A stretch of 64,000 nucleotides of DNA, from assembly GCA_964019335.1 (NCBI GenBank), contig OZ025742.1, positions 124,001 to 188,000 of the forward strand, in the 5' to 3' direction. Below the pieces are notes generated by a model. That model worked only from the letters and a program-made list of their open reading frames with translations. It ran no database searches and was not told the DNA's origin. A program made the position numbers and the translations under genes. Positions 58,137 to 64,000 of this stretch are shown one piece after another (position 1 is the stretch's first letter; each line of letters starts with the position of its first letter). This DNA is from Diplonema japonicum (taxonomy: Eukaryota; Protista; Euglenozoa: Diplonemea).

Positions 58137-59576
58137 TCAGATAATAAGAGGAGGAGCGACCGTTTGCATGTTGCCGAACAAAGCGTCCGCCAGCACAGCC
58201 TGCGGGGCGCGGGACCTGAGCACCCCCAGCAGGGCCTCGGGAGGGGTGACACAATGCTCTAAAAGGCAGTGGTAGACAGCTAGAAGATCTGTTGTGGTCG
58301 CATTCTTTAAAATCGGTATTGTCATCCGCCCGAGCAGCCCCCTGATCAGTTCAGGGTGCAGCCCCACGTGGGGTGCGAGTGACACAGTGCTGTGCGTCAA
58401 TGCGACAAGCGAATCACGTGGCACAACAGCAGGATCGACACCCTTCAGGGTTTTATATGTGAATGCTATGACGGCATGGTGCAGCTCTATGTCACCGTCG
58501 CATATCTGCAGAAGCCGTGCCACCACCCACAGCCAGCCCTCGGCAGGCACTTGAACGTTGCAGTACCACGCCCCGTCACTCAGTATCTTCAAAGTGTGGT
58601 GGACAACATGCACGGCATCTTGGTTCTGCTCCTCCAGGTTGTCAATGGCGTTGCGAAGCAGTACCAAGGGGTGGTCATTGGGAAGGGCAATGGAAACCTC
58701 CTTGATCAACCCTGCTGGAGGAGCAGGAGGACTGTCGCACACGTGCACCCGCACGCTGTGGAAGGCTGCGAGGATTTTGGACAATTCGGAAGGCAGCATC
58801 TCGTATTGAACCTGGTTCCGGAAGAAATTCTTGAAAACTCTTGAATAGGCCAGCAGATGGTACTTGGCAGAAAGTCTTGCAGAACAGTGGAGCACTGTTA
58901 TATAATGTTGTACGTCTGTAGGGTTGGCAATGGCAGCGCGGGATAAAACGGTTGTGGGGACCGCAGAAATGTTTGGAAGAGGTGTTTTACCGTTCGTAAG
59001 GCGAAGCCAGAGCAGCCCGCAGGTTTTTAAATACGTTGCGGCCGTCTCAAGTCTCGTTGCGTGCGTCAACAACCCCTTTTGGAACCCTTCAATAATTTGC
59101 AGGCTGTGCCTTGGGATCGACTGCTCCCATGTGGCGTCCATGTTTGTTTCAAATTGTTTCAACAGACATTGTAAATAAACACGAAGGCATTGCACTCTAG
59201 ATGGGACACCTTCCGCTGCCAGTGCCCGCCAATTTCTCTCGATTGTCTCTTTGATGTTTGCAGCATTCACTTCTTCACATATCAATACGGTTCTGGAGTC
59301 GGTTTCTTTCTGCATTTTCAGCCATTCCCGGACTCCTTGGAGCACCCCAGCGTGGCCACCAACAGCCTTGTATACCTCAACTATTTCTTTGACGGCCTTT
59401 GTGTTCGTTTCTGAGACCACTTCGCCGCCCCTTCTGTCTGCGAGGCCCAGCAAAGCCTTTCTAGTGCTTGCAGGCAGCCTTTCTTTTACAAACCCGGTGT
59501 TCTTTCTGATTGTCTTCCCCTTTAGGAGGACCACTATCTCTTCGTAAAGGCTTAGTTTTAAGGGTTGCTTTGGAAA

Positions 59577-59579
<3 letters not shown>
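58137..59579 (-). CDS. Hypothetical alpha-helical protein
   Basis: 480-aa ORF with the ATG directly after a poly(A) leader; no motif recognised. Confidence 0.8.
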
Positions 59580-59628
<49 letters not shown>

Positions 59629-59783
59629 TTTTTTTCTTTTTAATTCCTTCAGATATTGGGATGAAACAAGAGGGTTGAAAAAAAAATATATACTTCACAC
59701 TCATTTTTTTTTTTTTTTCCACCATCTGATTATAAGAAAAAAGAAAAGAAAAAAAAATAATAAAGCCAAAAAAGAACACACTA

Positions 59784-60627
59784 TCACTCGTCCTCTTCCG
59801 ACTCTTCGTCATCTCCGTCTTTACCTTCAAATGCTGTCACGGGCACAATAACGTGGCCTGATTTTTTTTGGGGGGGGGTAATTTTTTCTTCTTCTTCTTC
59901 TTCTTATTTCCCCCTTTCCTCCCCTCTTTTTCATACCATTTGGGTCAACAAAAGCCCCATGATCGGGAGTGTCAACAAGCCGTGCAAGCATCATGAGCAA
60001 CTGGCTGGTGGAAACTGGGTGGTTGCCCTGGGCGGATGGGTCGAGAGCGAGAGTGACACGAGAAGATGTAGTTGGATTTTCATCAGGGCGATCTTCGAAG
60101 GTGAAGTCCACCCGGAGAGAGGTCCCGCGCCACAAGTTCCCGTTCAACTCCCTCTGCGCACGGATGGCCTGGTGGAGGTGGGTCATTGTCACCAAGCAGA
60201 AAGGCGATTTAGATGCTGAGGCATGGAGTTCCAATTTATGTATTTCACCATGCACGGCGAAAAGAGCTTGAAGAGCCTCTTCTGTTGACTCTGCAGGAAA
60301 TCCGTTCACAACTAGAATCCTGCTGGACCCACTGGTATCCGTTCTCGCCCTCTTGCCCTCCACTACCCATTCTTCTTCCCTCTCCCTCTTCTCATCTGTC
60401 ACCCGGAGTGTGGTCTTCACCAGCCCCAACATCAACCCCACCCTCACCGCCTCGACAGCATGTTCATGGCTTTCAAATGTTAGGAACGCCACCCCCTTCG
60501 TTTGCTGCCTGTCTCCCATCATCACCATCACATCCTTCACACCCTTCAACTGTGCGACAACCTCCTTCTTGATGTCCTCCAAGCCCATCTCCGTTGGGAT
60601 GCCCCCCACATACACCCTGCGTGACAT
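59784..60627 (-). CDS. Two-RRM RNA-binding protein; complement(join(59784..59857,59937..60627))
   Basis: RRVYVGGIP/KGVAFLTF and RILVVNGFP/PFCLVTM RRMs. A 79-nt purine-rich intron gives an acidic C-terminus. Confidence 0.85.
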
Positions 60628-60834
60628 TTTTTTTTTTTTTTGTGTTTTTTTTTTTTTTTTTCCTTTGATGCGTTTGTGACAAGAGGATTGCGGGGAAACA
60701 TAGAAATATAAAAACAAAACAGAGAGGAGAAAATTATTTTTTTTTTTCCAGTTTTTCTTTCAGTGTTCCCAATAATTCACCCGGAAGGGCTACAGAATAA
60801 AGGTGCTAAACAAACTAATAAAAAAAAAACAAAA

Positions 60835-60978
60835 CTCGATAATTTATGTATGCGAGACAAAGGAAGCCAGTGTTGGTGATACGTTCTTCTACTAAGGTGC
60901 TACCGGTGATGACTGACATGGAGGTCAACAGCGAACAACACCAGATGTACTTCTTTATATTTCCATGTTGTCCCTACC

Positions 60979-60980
<2 letters not shown>
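60835..60980 (-). mobile_element. Diverged or chimeric family A head with a different 3' tail
   Basis: 60880-60978 matches the ribozyme-containing head of family A (mutated, truncated in P4), then ends attatcgag plus a T-run. Confidence 0.7.
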
Positions 60981-61014
<34 letters not shown>

Positions 61015-61015
<1 letters not shown>

Positions 61016-61054
61016 AGACATTTAAGGGTACCTGCGGTATGTGGCAGGACGCCT
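61015..61054 (-). mobile_element. 40-bp T-tailed micro-retroposon (copy 3)
   Basis: Reverse complement of 7760-7799. Confidence 0.8.
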
Positions 61055-61064
61055 GAAAAAAAAA

Positions 61065-62429
61065 TTAGGTAAACCTGAACACAATAACGAATCCCATAAG
61101 CGGTAGGCTCTCACGTGATGGGATGCTCACCCCGCCATCCTGAGCTCTCGCCCGAGAAAGGGAAAGCCCGGCAGGACCAGCAATGGAAGCAGAAAGGTGG
61201 GGATGCGGGTGCAGATGGGCTGTAAACCTGCCGTAGTGTGTGAGCGACGGGAGTTTTTCCGAAACCTGTGCAGAGCTGTGACTGGGTCTGAGCTGCCGTG
61301 CCTGAGCACGTGCGTTCGCTGCGCCAGAAGCGTTGCTGAGCAACAGGTTGCCCTCCTCGATCCCGCGCAGAGCAGCAGCCTCGCCCTCCTCCCACTGCAA
61401 CCGTCTGGCAGCACGCAAGGCCCTTGCAAACCCCATCAAAGCATCAATGGGCTTCTCTGATACACATCTCACAGCTCTGTTGTATCCTATAATGAACTCG
61501 CTAAGTGTGTCATTCCCCTGAACCTCAGCGGCTCCATGTGCCTGTCCCACCAACGACCCAACAAGCCGTTGCTCAAGCGAGTCCATCCCCACGATGGACT
61601 GTAGCCTGGATATTTCACCTGAGACAGACGCTCCAGAGCTTTCCGAGAGGGATATTATGCTCAAGGTGAGAGCCGACCGGGTTTCAAGGGTGGTGGCTAT
61701 GTTGCGAAGTGCTTTCAACTCGGACACAGCTTCTGGGACTGAAAGCGAGGGGTCATCCCCTGTGCAGGTTCGCACTATTTGGTTGGAGAGGTGCTCCGGT
61801 GTGCTAGTGGAGTCGGAGGACTTCTCTCTAGAGCGTTTGTCCTGTTGCTCGGAGATCTTGTTGACCAGAGATTCACACGCGTGTCTGATGCCCACTGCGC
61901 TTCCTTGTTTCGCTGCAGTTATCGGTTTCGTTTGTGTGTGTTGGGTATTATTATAGACGGCATTGACAGCTGCCTGCAGGCTGTATGATGTGTCTTCTAA
62001 AACCTTTTTCGACGTAGCTTCTGTGAGCCCCGTCAGCCCTGATAGTTTTGTCACCATTTCAGGTTTATGGTCGATGTGTCTCTTTAAGATCCCCACGCCT
62101 TGTAGCATGCCCTGCAGGTCGCACCCGGTGTGGAATGTGTAGTGCGAGCCCTGCTCTTCCCACCCCAGGCACAGTATCAGCTGCTCTCCTCCCTCCAGCC
62201 TCAACACTTTGTCCTTCAAGGAGGCGTTCTCCTTGCGAACCTTTCTGTACTTCCCGTCTGTGGATGCCTCGATGTTCTCTGCCATCTTCTTCACCGTCTC
62301 GTACAAAACTTTCACATCTGCAGCGGGGTTGCGCTGCATTAGGACAGTGGTGACCTTTTCTTGCAAGGCAGCTAAGTCATGCCGCATCTCTTGCTCTCCA
62401 TAGTACCCGCTTGCAGGCAGAGTGGGCAT
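61065..62429 (-). CDS. PUB-domain plus UBA-like protein (probable p97 cofactor)
   Basis: KYRKVRKENASLKDKV...GGEQLILCLGW (PUB); LTGLTEATSKKVLEDTSYSLQAAVN (UBA-like). Confidence 0.8.
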   Translation of the reverse strand: MPTLPASGYYGEQEMRHDLAALQEKVTTVLMQRNPAADVKVLYETVKKMAENIEASTDGKYRKVRKENASLKDKVLRLEGGEQLILCLGWEEQGSHYTFHTGCDLQGMLQGVGILKRHIDHKPEMVTKLSGLTGLTEATSKKVLEDTSYSLQAAVNAVYNNTQHTQTKPITAAKQGSAVGIRHACESLVNKISEQQDKRSREKSSDSTSTPEHLSNQIVRTCTGDDPSLSVPEAVSELKALRNIATTLETRSALTLSIISLSESSGASVSGEISRLQSIVGMDSLEQRLVGSLVGQAHGAAEVQGNDTLSEFIIGYNRAVRCVSEKPIDALMGFARALRAARRLQWEEGEAAALRGIEEGNLLLSNASGAANARAQARQLRPSHSSAQVSEKLPSLTHYGRFTAHLHPHPHLSASIAGPAGLSLSRARAQDGGVSIPSRESLPLMGFVIVFRFT

Positions 62430-62544
62430 GCCTTGTTGAGGGGGGGGGGGGGGGGGGGGGGGGATAAGCTTGCCTTACAAACTGTAATAACTAAAGAAGA
62501 AAATGTTCGCAACGGGCGACGGTTCCGGAAGAAACCGTTCCCAT

Positions 62545-64000
62545 CTACGCGAGGATATGGTCTGTAGCTTCGGGCGGGAGGATGTTCCACACCCCGGGCT
62601 GTGCCCTTGCGTCTGAGGGGAGGAGCACGCCGTCGGCGAAGCGTACTTTTCGCTTCGAAGTAGGCTGGGGGTACGAAGGCTTCTTCGGTGGCAGTGTGTC
62701 GTCCGCTTTTCTGGACTCACCGTCACGTATTGCCCGAAGCATTTTTGCACGGTCCCACGCTGTGATGCCGCTCAGACGTGTCTCCACGTTGACGGTGGCG
62801 TACTGCTTCACCTCCATGTATTCCTCCCACCCCACGCTCCCTGCGGTAGGGGTCCGCACCTTACGTGACGGGTTGATGCACAATGGATACGCAGGTCTAC
62901 CCCTCGGGCTGGGGTGGTGCAGGTTCTTGTTATTCGGCAGCACTGTGAACCTGTAGTCCACCTCTTCGTTCGCACACGTCTCGAGCATTTTTTCCAGCAG
63001 CTCACATCGTTGGCGCATCATCCCTGCTTGCCGGTACCCTGTGTCTTGAAACTTCTTCGCCAGAGTAACTAACTGCATCTCTGAGTAGCTGTTTGCTCTT
63101 GTGCCCTTGCACAGCACGTTCAACCTCGCCCTGAGCACCACCCTCCTCATCACTTCGGCCACAGTATCTTTCATAAGTGCGGAAACCTTTTTCTTCTGCT
63201 CCCGGACAACACGCAGTCCGTCGAAGGTGCTGTCCCTTGCATCGACGATGTCCCGCACCTCTTGGATGTCGTCGTTGAGGGCGCTCCGCACGTGCCAGTT
63301 GGAAAGGATGTCGGGCAGCTTCAGGATGTCGATCACATGGGACACTTGTTCTGCCGCCATCACGGCAGCATCTGCACACACGATGAGGTCCAGTGTGCCC
63401 AGCGGAGGACCCTTTTGGCAGCCCCACTCCTGCGTGGCAACCGTTGCTTGCACATCACGATCTTCGACACAGACCGTGTGTGCGTCGTTGTACAGCGACT
63501 CCACCAAGCTCTTCCGTGTGGAGCTCCTCTTGCGGGGTACAGTCGACTTGCGGCCCTCGGGCAGCAAGTTCCTGAAGATCTCCTGCTCTGGGCTGTAGTC
63601 GCTATGTGAAGGGGTGAACTCCAGCCCAGCGAGGTTCTCCGACCACGGTGTGCCCTGCTGGCTGCTTTGCCCCGCATCAAAAACGGTGCTTGCACGTCTG
63701 CTCGCAATCGATGGCCGTGCGGACGTGACGGGTAGCGCCGACTGGTCATCGTTCTGGTTGATGGAGATGTTGTCCATAGATAAGGAGTGGGAGTGGGAGT
63801 GGGAGCGGGAGTAGACTTGAGAGCGTGAGGAGTACACATCCTGCTCCATGAAAGCAGTGAGCAAGAGGTACGATTCCGGGATGGGGTGTTGCCACTCCGC
63901 AAGCTTCATGAGTTCTGAATACACCTCCTGGAAGGCGGGGTGCTCTGTCTGGCAGTAGAGGAACAGCGAATGGCTGGGTTTGTATTCCTGCAGTATGGTC
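62545..64000 (-). CDS. Hypothetical protein, 5' end outside the window
   Basis: The frame stays open from the window edge to the stop at 62545. Confidence 0.8.
   Translation of the reverse strand, partial: TILQEYKPSHSLFLYCQTEHPAFQEVYSELMKLAEWQHPIPESYLLLTAFMEQDVYSSRSQVYSRSHSHSHSLSMDNISINQNDDQSALPVTSARPSIASRRASTVFDAGQSSQQGTPWSENLAGLEFTPSHSDYSPEQEIFRNLLPEGRKSTVPRKRSSTRKSLVESLYNDAHTVCVEDRDVQATVATQEWGCQKGPPLGTLDLIVCADAAVMAAEQVSHVIDILKLPDILSNWHVRSALNDDIQEVRDIVDARDSTFDGLRVVREQKKKVSALMKDTVAEVMRRVVLRARLNVLCKGTRANSYSEMQLVTLAKKFQDTGYRQAGMMRQRCELLEKMLETCANEEVDYRFTVLPNNKNLHHPSPRGRPAYPLCINPSRKVRTPTAGSVGWEEYMEVKQYATVNVETRLSGITAWDRAKMLRAIRDGESRKADDTLPPKKPSYPQPTSKRKVRFADGVLLPSDARAQPGVWNILPPEATDHILA

Noticed and set aside
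1-64000. tRNA, rRNA, SL RNA or telomeric arrays
   Set aside because: None recognised by eye; tRNAscan-SE or Infernal would be needed to exclude them.

Overview
This is gene-dense eukaryotic DNA, extremely rich in homopolymers, most likely a euglenozoan protist (diplonemid-like; this is an inference). All ~23 supported genes from 856 to the 200-N gap at 49410-49609 lie on the + strand, and all 6 after 52280 lie on the - strand. Recognisable genes include LACTB2, COMMD1-like, SRP54, COMMD4, LSm4, two RRM proteins, PDZ, TPM, an MFS/GPH transporter, Ind1/NUBPL, a rhomboid, EFCAB2/DRC8, a transmembrane STE kinase and a PUB-UBA protein. Many genes carry short GT-AG introns whose 3' ends are A-rich or purine-rich rather than polypyrimidine. 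Intergenic DNA holds DNA transposon derivatives (MULE, Sola-like, piggyBac-like, TA-flanked) and several retroposon families that end in a stem-loop plus poly(T) and sit in T-runs. The main finding is two unrelated short retroposon families that each begin at, or within 1-2 nt of, the predicted cleavage site of a complete HDV-like self-cleaving ribozyme fold (3137-3270 and 38090-38165). A LINE fragment with a T-abutting 3' end is a candidate mobilising partner. All calls are by eye, with no database searches.
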